DNA of 64,000 nucleotides, taken from positions 426,932,001-426,996,000 of the forward strand of contig OZ024740.1 in NCBI GenBank assembly GCA_964016885.1, in the 5' to 3' direction. This DNA comes from Eledone cirrhosa. Taxonomy: Eukaryota. The number at the start of each line of letters is the position of its first letter. Position 1 is the first letter of the stretch. A program made the translations under genes and the position numbers. Shown piece by piece: positions 15,178 to 29,108 of this stretch. The notes under the pieces are model-generated. The model was not told the origin of the DNA. It searched no databases and worked only from the letters and a program-made list of their open reading frames with translations.

Positions 15178-15831
15178 TGCGTCAAGATTTCTTTTCAAAT
15201 ATTTTTTTCTTGTTCAAAACTACAGCATCACATGACCTTCTTTTGAGGTTGGCTGTCAGTTGTAATCGATAGAAGTGATAACACAATTAGCCCTTAAATT
15301 CATACAGCCTGAAAATAGCACCAGACTATTTCAACCATATATCTATATATATAAAACATAGGAGGTCTGTTTGTGCAAATCCCTAAAACTCCAGATGTAC
15401 TCGACTGACTTTTTTCAAACTTTACACATGTGTTACTTATAATACTTGAATTGCAATAGGCTAGTAGAAATTTAACTTTTGATGCGATTTTTTCATGTTC
15501 AATTATGTAGCATCACGTGACCTTCATTTGAACATGTCTCTCGCTATAGTCAATTGACATAATCACACAATTGGTCGTTAAAGTTGAACAACTTGAATAT
15601 CGTGCAGGAGGATTTAAACCAAATATGTTTTATAAAAGCAAACTCTCACAATGGAAAATACATAGAAATTGAATCAGTCTAAGAAAATACATATCAAACT
15701 TACGATCATTGTCAAATCTGTTAGTAGGGAAAATTCAGTATTAATTTTAACTAACCAGTGAAATCGGATTGGTCAAAGATCTCCGTATGTCATTCACTAT
15801 ATAGATGTATATAACTGTGTGGTTCTCGTGA

Positions 15832-15904
15832 GGGGAATTAGCTCAGATGGTAGAGCGCTCGCTTTGCATGCGAGAGGTACCGGGATCGACGCCCGGATTC
15901 TCCA
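15832..15904 (+). tRNA. trnA-UGC: tRNA-Ala(UGC)
   Basis: Intact. Confidence 0.95.
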
Positions 15905-16153
15905 AATGTAGGAGTTATATTACTATATATTTTGATGTTTCTACATTTTACAATTTTCTATTATTGTTGTTGTTTCTGCTGTTGAATGTGATGGATTGGC
16001 AGTATCTGTAATCATCAGACAACATGCTTTACAGTATAGAGTTATGGACCTTTACGTTCCGAGTTAAAATCGCGCCCATGTCAACTTAAAATAAATTAAC
16101 AATAATGTACTGGGTATTTCACGGCCTTGTTCCAAAAGTAAAAATAATTATAT

Positions 16154-16347
<194 letters not shown>

Positions 16348-16363
16348 GCTGCTGCTGCTGCGG

Positions 16364-16398
<35 letters not shown>

Positions 16399-16584
16399 CT
16401 TCTTCTTCTTCTTCTTCTTCTTCTTCTTCTTCTTCTTCTTCTTCACACCACCAGCATCACGTGACCTACCTGTGAGGAGGGCCGTCAGCAATAGTAATCA
16501 TAGAACATATAGAATCCGTCCGAGGCCGCCCTTATTATTTACTATATATGTATATATATATTGTAAAGAAACAGACTCATGTGA

Positions 16585-16657
16585 GGGGAATTAGCTCAGA
16601 TGGTAGAGCGCTCGCTTAGCATGCGAGAGGTACCGGGATCGATGCCCGGATTCTCCA
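16585..16657 (+). tRNA. trnA-AGC: tRNA-Ala(AGC)
   Basis: Intact. Confidence 0.95.
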
Positions 16658-17311
16658 TGCGTCAAGATTTCTTTTCAAATATTTTTTTCTTGTTCAAAAC
16701 TACAGCATCACATGACCTTCTTTTGAGGTTGGCTGTCAGTTGTAATCGATAGAAGTGATAACACAATTAGCCCTTAAATTCATACAGCCTGAAAATAGCA
16801 CCAGACTATTTCAACCATATATCTATATATATAAAACATAGGAGGTCTGTTTGTGCAAATCCCTAAAACTCCAGATGTACTCGACTGACTTTTTTCAAAC
16901 TTTACACATATGTTACTTATAATACTTGAAGTGCAATAGGCTAGTAGAAATTTAACTTTTGATGTTATTTTTTCATGTTCAAATATGTAGCATCACGTGA
17001 CCTTCATTTGAACATGTCTCTCGCTATAGTCAATTGACATAATCACACAATTGGCCGTTAAAGTTGAACAACTTGAATATCGTGCAGGAGGATTTAAACC
17101 AAATATGTTTTATAAAAGCAAACTCTCACAATGGAAAATACATAGAAATTGAATCAGTCTAAGAAAATACATATCAAACTTACGATCATTGTCAAATCTG
17201 TTAGTAGGGATAATTGAGTATTAATTTTAACTAACCAGTCAAATCGAATTGGTCAAAGATCTCCGTATGTCATTCACTATATAGATGTATATAACTGTGT
17301 GGTTCTCGTGA

Positions 17312-17384
17312 GGGGAATTAGCTCAGATGGTAGAGCGCTCGCTTTGCATGCGAGAGGTACCGGGATCGACGCCCGGATTCTCCA
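17312..17384 (+). tRNA. trnA-UGC: tRNA-Ala(UGC)
   Basis: Intact. Confidence 0.95.
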
Positions 17385-17854
17385 AATGTAGGAGTTATAT
17401 TACTATATATTTTGATGTTTCTACATTTTACAATTTTCTATTATTGTTGTTGTTTCTGCTGTTGAATGTGATGGATTGGCAGTATCTGTAATCATCAGAC
17501 AACATGCTTTACAGTATAGAGTTATGGCCCTTTACGTTCCGAGTTAAAATCGCGCCCATGTCAACTTAAAATAAATTAACAATAATGTACAGGGTATTTC
17601 ACGGCCTTGTGCCAAAAGTAAAAACAATTATATTTGTTGCTGTTGTTGTTGTTGTTGTTGTTGTTCTTCTTCTTCTTCTTCTTCTTCTTCTTCTTCTTCT
17701 TCTTCTTCTTCTTCACACCACCAACATCACGTGACCTACCTGTGAGGAGGGCCGAGAGTAATAGTAATCATAGAATATATAGAATCCGTCCGAGGCCGCC
17801 CTTATTATTTACTATATATATATATATATATTGTAGAGAAACAGACACATGTGA

Positions 17855-17927
17855 GGGGAATTAGCTCAGATGGTAGAGCGCTCGCTTAGCATGCGAGAGG
17901 TACCGGGATCGATGCCCGGATTCTCCA
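17855..17927 (+). tRNA. trnA-AGC: tRNA-Ala(AGC)
   Basis: Intact. Confidence 0.95.
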
Positions 17928-18580
17928 TGCGTCAAGATTTCTTTTTCAAATATTTTTCTTCTTCAAAACTACAGCATCACATGACCATCTTTTGAGGTTT
18001 GCTGTCAGTTGTAATCGATAGAAGTGATAACACAATTAGCCCTTAAATTCATACAGCCTGAAAATAGCACCAGACTATTTCAACCATATATCTATATATA
18101 TAAAATATAGGAGGTCTGTTTGTGCAAATCCTTAAAACTCCAGATGTACTCGACTGACTTTTTTCAAACTTTACACATGTGTTACTTATAATACTTGAAG
18201 TGCAATAGGCTAGTAGAAATTTAACTTTTGATGCGATTTTTTCATGTTCAATTATGTAGCATCACGTGACCTTCATTTGAACATGTCTCTCGCTATAGTC
18301 AATTGACATAATCACACAATTGGTCGTTAAAGTTGAACAACTTGAATATCGTGCATGAGGATTTAAACCAAATATGTTTTATAAAAGCAAACTCTCACAA
18401 TGGAAAATACATAGAAATTGAATCAGTCTAAGAAAATACATATCAAACTTACGATCATTGTCAAATCTGTTAGTAGGGATAATTGAGTATTAATTTTAAC
18501 TAACCAGTGAAATCGGATTGGTCAAAGATCTCCGTATGTCATTCACTATATAGATGTATATAACTGTGTGGTTCTCCTGA

Positions 18581-18653
18581 GGGGAATTAGCTCAGATGGT
18601 AGAGCGCTCGCTTTGCATGCGAGAGGTACCGGGATCGACGCCCGGATTCTCCA
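18581..18653 (+). tRNA. trnA-UGC: tRNA-Ala(UGC)
   Basis: Intact. Confidence 0.95.
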
Positions 18654-18905
18654 AATGTAGGAGTTATATTACTATATATTTTGATGTTTCTACATTTTAC
18701 AATTTTCTATTATTGTTGTTGTTTCTGCTGTTGAATGTGATGGATTGGCAGTATCTGTAATCATCAGACAACATGCTTTACAGTATAGAGTTATGGCCCT
18801 TTACGTTCCGAGTTAAAATCGCGCCCATGTCAACTTAAAATAAATTAACAATAATGTACTGGGTATTTCACGGCCTTGTTCCAAAAGTAAAAGCAATTAT
18901 ATTTT

Positions 18906-18982
<77 letters not shown>

Positions 18983-19179
18983 CTTCTTCTTCTTCTTCTT
19001 CTTCTTCTTCTTCTTCTTCTTCTTCTTCTTCTTCTTCTTCTTCACACCACCAGCATCACGTGACCTACCTGTGAGGAGGGCCGTCAGCAATAGTAATCAT
19101 AGAACATATAGAATCCGTCCGAGGCCGCCCTTATTATTTACTATATATATATATATTGTAAAGAAATTGACTCATGTGA

Positions 19180-19252
19180 GGGGAATTAGCTCAGATGGTA
19201 GAGCGCTCGCTTAGCATGCGAGAGGTACCGGGATCGATGCCCGGATTCTCCA
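19180..19252 (+). tRNA. trnA-AGC: tRNA-Ala(AGC)
   Basis: Intact. Confidence 0.95.
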
Positions 19253-19906
19253 TGCGTCAAGATTTCTTTTCAAATATTTTTTTCTTGTTCAAAACTACAG
19301 CATCACATGACCTTCTTTTGAGGTTGGCTGTCAGTTGTAATCGATAGAAGTGATAACACAATTAGCCCTTAAATTCATACAGCCTGAAAATTGCACCAGA
19401 CTATTTCAACCATATATCTATATATATAAAACATAGGAGGTCTGTTTGTGCAAATCCCTAAAACTCCAGATGTACTCGACTGACTTTTTTCAAACTTTAC
19501 ACATATGTTACTTATAATACTTGAAGTGCAATAGGCTAGTAGAAATTTAACTTTTGATGTTATTTTTTCATGTTCAAATATGTAGCATCACGTGACCTTC
19601 ATTTGAACATGTCTCTCGCTATGGTCAATTGACATAATCACACAATTGGTCGTTAAAGTTGAACAACTTGAATATCGTGCAGGAGGATTTAAACCAAATA
19701 TGTTTTATAAAAGCAAACTCTCACAATGGAAAATACATAGAAATTGAATCAGTCTAAGAAAATACATATCAAACTTACGATCATTGTCAAATCTGTTAGT
19801 AGGGAAAATTCAGTATTAATTTAAACTAACCAGTGAAATCGGATTGGTCAAAGATCTCCGTATGTCATTCACTATATAGATGTATATAACTGTGTGGTTC
19901 TCCTGA

Positions 19907-19979
19907 GGGGAATTAGCTCAGATGGTAGAGCGCTCGCTTTGCATGCGAGAGGTACCGGGATCGACGCCCGGATTCTCCA
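19907..19979 (+). tRNA. trnA-UGC: tRNA-Ala(UGC)
   Basis: Intact. Confidence 0.95.
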
Positions 19980-20234
19980 AATGTAGGAGTTATATTACTA
20001 TATATTTTGATGTTTCTACATTTTACAATTTTCTATTATTGTTGTTGTTTCTGCTGTTGAATGTGATGGATTGGCAGTATCTGTAATCATCAGACAACAT
20101 GCTTTACAGTATAGAGTTATGGCCCTTCACGTTCCGAGTTAAAATCGCGCCCATGTCAACTTAAAATAAATTAACAATAATGTACTGGGTATTTCACGGC
20201 CTTGTTCCAAAAGTAAAAACAATTATATTTTTTT

Positions 20235-20338
<104 letters not shown>

Positions 20339-20354
20339 GCTGCTGCTGCTGTGG

Positions 20355-20389
<35 letters not shown>

Positions 20390-20574
20390 CTTCTTCTTCT
20401 TCTTCTTCTTCTTCTTCTTCTTCTTCTTCTTCTTCTTCACACCACCAGCATCACGTGACCTAGCTGTGAGGAGGGCCGTCAGCAATAGTAATCATAGAAC
20501 ATATAGAATCCGTCCGAGGCCGCCCTTATTATTTACTATATATATATATATTGTAAAGAAATTGACTCATGTGA

Positions 20575-20647
20575 GGGGAATTAGCTCAGATGGTAGAGCG
20601 CTCGCTTAGCATGCGAGAGGTACCGGGATCGATGCCCGGATTCTCCA
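20575..20647 (+). tRNA. trnA-AGC: tRNA-Ala(AGC)
   Basis: Intact. Confidence 0.95.
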
Positions 20648-21301
20648 TGCGTCAAGATTTCTTTTCAAATATTTTTTTCTTGTTCAAAACTACAGCATCA
20701 CATGACCTTCTTTTGAGGTTGGCTGTCAGTTGTAATCGATAGAAGTGATAACACAATTAGCCCTTAAATTCATACAGCCTGAAAATAGCACCAGACTATT
20801 TCAACCATATATCTATATATATAAAACATAGGAGGTCTGTTTGTGCAAATCCCTAAAACTCCAGATGTACTCGACTGACTTTTTTCAAACTTTACACATG
20901 TGTTACTTATAATACTTGAAGTGCAATAGGCTAGTAGAAATTTAACTTTTGATGTTATTTTTTCATGTTCAAATATGTAGCATCACGTGACCTTCATTTG
21001 AACATGTCTCTCGCTATAGTCAATTGACATAATCACACAATTGGTCGTTAAAGTTGAACAACTTGAATATCGTGCAGGAGGATTTAAACCAAATATGTTT
21101 TATAAAAGCAAACTCTCACAATGGAAAATACATAGAAATTGAATCAGTCTAAGAAAATACATATCAAACTTACGATCATTGTCAAATCTGTTAGTAGGGA
21201 TAATTGAGTATTAATTTTAACTAACCAGTCAAATCGAATTGGTCAAAGATCTCCGTATGTCATTCACTATATAGATGTATATAACTGTGTGGTTCTCGTG
21301 A

Positions 21302-21374
21302 GGGGAATTAGCTCAGATGGTAGAGCGCTCGCTTTGCATGCGAGAGGTACCGGGATCGACGCCCGGATTCTCCA
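21302..21374 (+). tRNA. trnA-UGC: tRNA-Ala(UGC)
   Basis: Intact. Confidence 0.95.
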
Positions 21375-21866
21375 AATGTAGGAGTTATATTACTATATAT
21401 TTTGATGTTTCTACATTTTACAATTTTCTATTATTGTTGTTGTTTCTGCTGTTGAATGTGATGGATTGGCAGTACCTGTAATCATCAGACAACATGCTTT
21501 ACAGTATAGAGTTATGGCCCTTTACGTTCCGAGTTAAAATCGCGCCCATGTCAACTTAAAATAAATTAACAATAATGTACAGGGTATTTCACGGCCTTGT
21601 GCCAAAAGTAAAAACAATTATATTTGTTGTTGTTGTTGTTGTTGTTGTTGTTCTTCTTCTTCTTCTTCTTCTTCTTCTTCTTCTTCTTCTTCTTCTTCTT
21701 CTTCTTCTTCTTCTTCTTCTTCACACCACCAACATCACGTGACCTACCTGTGAGGAGGGCCGAGAGTAATAGTAATCATAGAATATATAGAATCCGTCCG
21801 AGGCCGCCCTTATTATTTACTATATATATATGTATATATATATTGTAGAGAAACAGACTCATTTGA

Positions 21867-21939
21867 GGGGAATTAGCTCAGATGGTAGAGCGCTCGCTTA
21901 GCATGCGAGAGGTACCGGGATCGATGCCCGGATTCTCCA
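21867..21939 (+). tRNA. trnA-AGC: tRNA-Ala(AGC)
   Basis: Intact. Confidence 0.95.
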
Positions 21940-22592
21940 TGCGTCAAGATTTCTTTTTCAAATATTTTTCTTCTTCAAAACTACAGCATCACATGACCAT
22001 CTTTTGAGGTTGGCTGTCAGTTGTAATCGATAGAAGTGATAACACAATTAGCCCTTAAATTCATACAGCCTGAAAATAGCACCAGACTATTTCAACCATA
22101 TATCTATATATATAAAATATAGGAGGTCTGTTTGTGCAAATCCTTAAAACTCCAGATGTACTCGACTGACTTTTTTCAAACTTTACACATGTGTTACTTA
22201 TAATACTTGAAGTGCAATAGGCTAGTAGAAATTTAACTTTTGATGCGATTTTTTCATGTTCAATTATGTAGCATCACGTGACCTTCATTTGAACATGTCT
22301 CTCGCTATAGTCAATTGACATAATCACACAATTGGTCGTTAAAGTTGAACAACTTGAATATCGTGCATGAGGATTTAAACCAAATATGTTTTATAAAAGC
22401 AAACTCTCACAATGGAAAATACATAGAAATTGAATCAGTCTAAGAAAATACATATCAAACTTACGATCATTGTCAAATCTGTTAGTAGGGAAAATTCAGT
22501 ATTAATTTTAACTAACCAGTGAAATCGGATTGGTCAAAGATCTCCGTATGTCATTCACTATATAGATGTATATAACTGTGTGGTTCTCCTGA

Positions 22593-22665
22593 GGGGAATT
22601 AGCTCAGATGGTAGAGCGCTCGCTTTGCATGCGAGAGGTACCGGGATCGACGCCCGGATTCTCCA
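22593..22665 (+). tRNA. trnA-UGC: tRNA-Ala(UGC)
   Basis: Intact. Confidence 0.95.
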
Positions 22666-22914
22666 AATGTAGGAGTTATATTACTATATATTTTGATGTT
22701 TCTACATTTTACAATTTTCTATTATTGTTGTTGTTTCTGCTGTTGAATGTGATGGATTGGCAGTATCTGTAATCATCAGACAACATGCTTTACAGTATAG
22801 AGTTATGGCCCTTTACGTTCCGAGTTAAAATCGCGCCCATGTCAACTTAAAATAAATTAACAATAATGTACTGGGTATTTCACGGCCTTGTTCCAAAAGT
22901 AAAAGCAATTATAT

Positions 22915-23171
<257 letters not shown>

Positions 23172-23176
23172 GGTGG

Positions 23177-23240
<64 letters not shown>

Positions 23241-23260
23241 GCTGCTGCTGCTGCTGCTGC

Positions 23261-23303
<43 letters not shown>

Positions 23304-23456
23304 CTTCTTCTTCTTCACACCACCAGCATCACGTGACCTACCTGTGAGGAGGGCCGTCAGCAATAGTAATCATAGAACATATAGAATCCGTCCGAGGCCG
23401 CCCTTATTATTTACTATATATATATATATATATTGTAAAGAAATAGACTCATGTGA

Positions 23457-23528
23457 GGGAATTAGCTCAGATGGTAGAGCGCTCGCTTAGCATGCGAGAG
23501 GTACCGGGATCGATGACAGGATTCTCCA
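23457..23528 (+). pseudogene. trnA-AGC: tRNA-Ala(AGC) pseudogene (one 5' G deleted, C61A and C63A)
   Basis: GAGGGAATTAGC... has only 3 G; ...GATGACAGGATTCTCCA. Confidence 0.75.
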
Positions 23529-24181
23529 TGCGTCAAGATTTCTTTTCAAATATTTTTTCTTCTTCAAAACTACAGGATCACATGACCATCTTTTGAGGTT
23601 GGCTGTCAGTTGTAATCGATAGAAGTGATAACACAATTGGCCCTTAAATTCATACAGCCTGAAAATAGCACCAGACTATTTCAACCATATATCTATATAT
23701 ATAAAATATAGGAGGTCTGTTTGTGCAAATCCCTAAAACTCCAGATGTACTCGACTGACTTTTTTCAAACTTTACACATATGTTACTTATAATACTTGAA
23801 GTGCAATAGGCTAGTAGAAATTTAACTTTTGATGCGATTTTTTCATGTTCAATTATGTAGCATCACGTGACCTTCATTTGAACATGTCTCTCGCTATAGT
23901 CAATTGACATAATCACACAATTGGTCGTTAAAGTTGAACAACTTGAATATCGTGCAGGAGGATTTAAACCAAATATGTTTTATAAAAGCAAACTCTCACA
24001 ATGGAAAATACATAGAAATTGAATCAGTCTAAGAAAATACATATCAAACTTACGATCATTGTCAAATCTGTTAGTAGGGAAAATTCAGTATTAATTTTAA
24101 CTAACCAGTGAAATCGGATTGGTCAAAGATCTCCGTATGTCATTCACTATATAGATGTATATAACTGTGTGGTTCTCGTGA

Positions 24182-24254
24182 GGGGAATTAGCTCAGATGG
24201 TAGAGCGCTCGCTTTGCATGCGAGAGGTACCGGGATCGACGCCCGGATTCTCCA
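24182..24254 (+). tRNA. trnA-UGC: tRNA-Ala(UGC)
   Basis: Intact. Confidence 0.95.
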
Positions 24255-24758
24255 AATGTAGGAGTTATATTACTATATATTTTGATGTTTCTACATTTTA
24301 CAATTTTCTATTATTGTTGTTGTTTCTGCTGTTGAATGTGATGGATTGGCAGTATCTGTAATCATCAGACAACATGCTTTACAGTATAGAGTTATGACCC
24401 TTTACGTTCCGAGTTAAAATCGCGCCCATGTCAACTTAAAGTAAATTAACAATAATGTACTGTGTATTTCACGGCCTTGTGCCAAAAAGTGAAACAATTA
24501 TTTTTGTTGTTGTTGTTGTTGTTGTTCTTCTTCTTCTTCTTCTTCTTCTTCTTCTTCTTCTTCTTCTTCTTCTTCTTCTTCTTCTTCTTCTTTTTCCTCT
24601 TCTTCTTCTTCATCTTCTTCTTCTTCACACCACCAGCATCACGTGACCTACCTGTGAGGAGGGCCGTCAGCAATAGTAATCTTAGAACATATAGAATCCG
24701 TCCGAGGCCGCCCTTATTATTTACTATATATATATTGTAGAGAAACAGACTCATGTGA

Positions 24759-24831
24759 GGGGAGTTAGCTCAGATGGTAGAGCGCTCGCTTAGCATGCGA
24801 GAGGTACCGAGATCGATGCCAGGATTCTCCA
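24759..24831 (+). pseudogene. trnA-AGC: tRNA-Ala(AGC) probable pseudogene (A6G, G52A, C63A)
   Basis: GGGGAGTTAGC...CCGAGATCGATGCCAGG: two T-stem mismatches. Confidence 0.7.
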
Positions 24832-25483
24832 TGCGTCAAGATTTCTTTTCAAGTATTTTTTCTTCTTCAAAACTACAGCATCACATGACCTTCTTTTGAG
24901 GTTGGCTGTCAGTTGTAATCGATAGAAGTAGTAACACAATTGGCCCTTAATTCGTACATCCTGAAAATCGCATAGACTATTTCAACCATATATCTCTATA
25001 TATAAAACATAGGAGGTCTGTTTGTGCAAATCCCTAAAACTCCAGATGTACTCAACTGACTTTTTTCAAACTTTACACATATGTTACTTATAATATATGA
25101 AGTGCAATAGGCTAATAGAAATTTAACTTTTGATCTCATTTTTTCATGTTCAATTATGCAGCATTCACGTGACCTTCATTTGAACATGTCTCTCGCTATA
25201 GGCAATTGACATAATCACACAATTGGTCGTTAAAGTTGAACAACTTGAATATCGTGCAGGAGGATTTAAACCAAATATGTTTTATAAAAGCAAACTCTCA
25301 CAATGGAAAATACATAGAAATTGAATCAGTCTAAGAAAATACATATCAAACTTACGATCATTGTCAAATCTGTTAGTAGGGAAAATTGAGTATTAACTTT
25401 AACTAACCAGTCAAATCGAATTGGTCAAAGATCTCCGTATGTCATTCACTATATAGATGTATATAACTGTGTGGTTCTCGTGA

Positions 25484-25556
25484 GGGGAATTAGCTCAGAT
25501 GGTAGAGCGCTCGCTTTGCATGCGAGAGGTACCGGGATCGACGCCCGGATTCTCCA
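25484..25556 (+). tRNA. trnA-UGC: tRNA-Ala(UGC)
   Basis: Intact. Confidence 0.95.
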
Positions 25557-26056
25557 AATGTAGGAGTTATATTACTATATATTTTGATGTTTCTACATTT
25601 TACAATTTTTTATTATTGTTGTTGTTTTTGCTGTTGAATGTGATGGATTGGCAGTATCTGTAATCATCAGACAACATGCTTTACAGTATAGAGTTATGGC
25701 CCTTTACGTTCCGAGTTAAAATCGCGCACATGTCAACTTAAAATAAATTATCAATAATGTACTGGGTATTTCACGGCCTTGTTACAAAAGTAGAAACAAT
25801 TATTTTTGTTGTTGTTGTTGTTGTTGTTCTTCTTCTTCTTCTTCTTCTTCTCCTTCTTCTTCTTCTTCTTCTTCTTCTTCTTCTTCTCCTCCTTCTTCTT
25901 CTTCTTCTTCTTCTTCACACCAGCAACATCACGTGACCTACCTGTGAGGAGGTCCGACAGTAATAGTAATTATAGAATATATAGAATCCGTCCGTGGCCG
26001 CCCTTATTATTTACTAACTATGTATATATATATTGTAGAGAAACAGACTTATCTGA

Positions 26057-26129
26057 GGGGAATTAGCTCAGATGGTAGAGCGCTCGCTTTGCATGCGAGA
26101 GGTACCGGGATCGACGCCCGGATTCTCCA
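26057..26129 (+). tRNA. trnA-UGC: tRNA-Ala(UGC), terminal copy occupying the AGC slot
   Basis: AGC-type 5' flank (GAAACAGACTTATCTGA), but TGC anticodon, C59 and UGC-type 3' flank (AATGTAGGAGTTATATT). Confidence 0.93.
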
Positions 26130-26429
26130 AATGTAGGAGTTATATTGTTTTGACGAATTTTGTTGCGTTGAAACCATGTTCCTTTGTGCCACTGGAGTTT
26201 GGGCGTTTTGTCGCTTACAAGATTGGGGAACAATGTTAAAAATTACTAGTGTCAATATATAGCATTTTATATCAATATAACATTTAATGCATATATCCCA
26301 GGATAGACTTTGTCCAGTGCCTATTTTTGGTAATAACATAAAACAATTGAGAGATCTAAAACCAAATGTCTGACTCATCAGGGATGCCGGAATATTCAAA
26401 TACAATAACATGCAGTTGTTCAGCCTGTT

Positions 26430-26729
26430 AGACATAGTAGCTCAACCTCAAACCCAGGTACTATGGCCCGCCTTTCAGAGGAAAGGAAGATAAACAGATG
26501 CCGCTGATTGTCCGGTAGCTTCCTCTTCACGCCGATCGCTGTCGAGACCTCATGGGTACTTGGACCCCGCACAGTCGAGTTCCTCCGCAAGATCGGAACG
26601 TCGGTGGCTTACCTGACCAAGGATCCCCGCGAGGTGGGGTGGCTGTTGCAGCGAATGTCGCTGGCCATTGTTCACGGGATTGCTTTTGTGATCTTGCAAA
26701 GGACTAACAAGTTTCTCTGTAAAGACTGA
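26430..26729 (+). mobile_element. 3' fragment of a CRE-clade (restriction-like endonuclease) non-LTR retrotransposon
   Basis: GTMARLSEERKINRCR*LSGSFLFTPIAVETSWVLGPRTVEFLRKIG...DPREVGWLLQRMSLAIVHGIA matches the CRE C-terminal pattern AE..K..KY..L....F.PIA.ET.G..G......QR.S.A..RGNA; one in-frame stop. Confidence 0.75.
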
Positions 26730-26985
26730 AGGGTGAGTTCATTTAATAGTGCAACAACTATTGCCCTTACTAAGGATTCTAGTATCTGTCTGTTAGCGTT
26801 GTTTGAGGGATCCACTGGTGGGATAAGAAACTGGGTCAGTCCAAAATTAAGAAAATTGTTTTAGAACAAGTAGGTAAAATATACATAGATACATACATAT
26901 ATACACACTTAAGTACATACATAAATACGTGCGTACAAACATATATATATACATAAATACATACAAACATATATATATACATCTG

Positions 26986-27027
<42 letters not shown>

Positions 27028-27084
27028 CCTTTAATGTCTTTCCCCCACTCCCCCTCACACCCTCGGAACTCTTTTCCTTCCCAC

Positions 27085-27125
27085 TTTTCTCCTGATGAAG
27101 GGCTTATGCCCGAAACGTCGTCCCC
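27085..27125 (+). ncRNA. Minimal hammerhead ribozyme motif (Penelope pLTR type)
   Basis: CTGATGA-AGGGC TTAT GCCC-GAAA-CGTC; stem I is weak; lies between (TA)n tracts. Confidence 0.55.
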
Positions 27126-27430
27126 GAGCTCCCACTCTCAACCATGAACCTAATACTAACACTTTGTATTGCACTCTTCGTTATTGTTTTTGTTTTCTGT
27201 TTTAACTATATATATATATACATATATATATATGTTTGAACGTGTGTGTGTGCGCGCATGATTGTGTGTATATCTAGTGTACGATAAAGGTAGTCAACAC
27301 ATTCTGGTGAAGTATATCTTGGTTATCAATTTAGAATATTGAATACTAAGAAAGATTTTTCTGTTTTAGATAGCCTTAAGTGAAGAATTTTTGTTATTTT
27401 CTTTGTTATTGCTGGCATTATTGGTGTTTA

Positions 27431-27590
27431 GCGGTGGATTGACAGTATCGGTAGAGGGTCTGACGCTATGCTTTATAGCAAAGCGTTACGGCCCTTTATG
27501 GTCTGAGTTCAAATCCCGCCGAGGTTAACTTTGCCTTTCATCCTTATGGGTTCGATAAAATAAAGCACCAGTAATACACTGGGATAATTA
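27431..27590 (+). mobile_element. tRNA-derived SINE (family A) with target-site duplication
   Basis: A-box-like TGACAGTATCGG, B-box GAGTTCAAATCCC; ATTATTGGTGTTTAGC duplicated at 27417-27432 and 27587-27602. Confidence 0.85.
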
Positions 27591-28061
27591 TTGGTGTTTA
27601 GCCCTAGGTATATACTGATCCAACAAACCTATGATGGAAGGTCTTACGGCTGCGACAGTGTTAGCTTTCTTTTCTACTCTTAATATATCAAGAACCACAT
27701 TATCTTCTTTGTAAGCGGGTTCGACTACATTGACATGAAAGCTCTCACATAGCAATGTGATATGATTTTTATTATTCTTCACGCTATTGCGTTGGCAATC
27801 ACTCGTTTTTTAAGCGCTGAGAATATAAAGAATGATATGCTCATGCACAGAGATGCTATAAATTAGGGTTAACACCCTTAAAAGTCTGAAAAAGAAATTA
27901 CCATAGGCCAGTATGAGAAATTGAACACTACATCTCCATAGCAATTATTTGGGTGATACAGGGTTCAAGTCCTCATAGCTGCCGATGGCGACACTTTTTC
28001 CGTCTTTTAAAGGTCTTCAACCTATTTTGTAATTTATTTTATAGCATTTCTCCACAGTGAA

Positions 28062-28200
28062 GGCGCATGGCTTAGTGGTTAGAGTATTGGGCTTGCAATG
28101 GAAAGCTTGTGAGTTCAATTCTCAGATCGGGTGATGTGTTGTTTCCTTGAGCAAGACACTTATTTCACGTTGCTCCAGTTTACTCAGCTGTAGAAATGAG
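28062..28200 (+). mobile_element. tRNA-derived CORE-type SINE (family B)
   Basis: GGCGCATGGCTTAGTGGTTAGA (A box), GAGTTCAATTCTC (B box), then CCTTGAGCAAGACACTT CORE-like segment. Confidence 0.75.
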
Positions 28201-28984
28201 ATGATAAGACTGGGGTCCCTATCATTAAATCACCCAATACACCTCCAACGAGATATACCTTGGAGGAGGCCAGCTAAACCTGCATAGGTGTGAGCTGTCA
28301 CACACATCACACACATTTCTGCACATGTGAACATCATCCTTTATATCAACTGATTTTCATTTTTGTTGCTAAAAGTTTCGGTGGAAAATAATGCTTAAAA
28401 AAGTAATTGGTCCATCTATTTGACTCTTGTGAGTGAGTTAATCTATTTCGTAGTAACTTCGATTAAACTTCAATTGTAACATAATGTTTTACCTATTTAT
28501 TTTGGAGTTCTGAAGATAATAAGAATCATCAGATTCCAGTCACATATACGGATTTAAAGCTTAGCAGGATCTCTTCAGTGTAATGTTAAATTTTAGATAT
28601 TGATGAGTGTCAATTTTACATTTTTCTTTCCTATATTTTCTCTATATTTTAAAGAATACAATAGTTTAGGGATTAATTTCATATTATAAAACCTAGTTAA
28701 ACTATATATTTCCAAGTCTATCTATATGAAGCCGCAATTAATTTCTTTTCCGCGTTCCACTACCGTTGGTAAATAACCTATTTTCTTTACAGTATCAGGA
28801 ATTCCTTATGGGGACACTAGACGCTTCACATGCTCTACAGATTGAAATACATATGTTAATATCACTCTGATCGATTGACAAGGTCCCACACCTCATTCGC
28901 TTGCCGATTGGGGCGGAGCTCGTTAAATCGCACCAAGGGAATAATGTTTCCATTGGTCTTTCCATTGCTGATACTATCTAGCGG

Positions 28985-29108
28985 GCATAAGGAACAACGC
29001 GAAATAAATGTCTTCTTCAAGGACACAGTGCATCAATTGATCATAGAATTGAACTCGCAACCTCACGATTGCGAATCCAACTCTTTAACCACCAATCCAC
29101 CCACCTGC
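28985..29108 (-). mobile_element. CORE-type SINE (family B), diverged
   Basis: Reverse complement: TGGTGGTTAAAG...GCGAGTTCAATTC...TGTGTCCTTGAAGAAGACATTTATTTCGCGTTG. Confidence 0.65.

Noticed and set aside
28062-28135. tRNA-like sequence with A and B boxes
   Set aside because: No intact cloverleaf, and it continues into a CORE-like body, so it is a SINE head.
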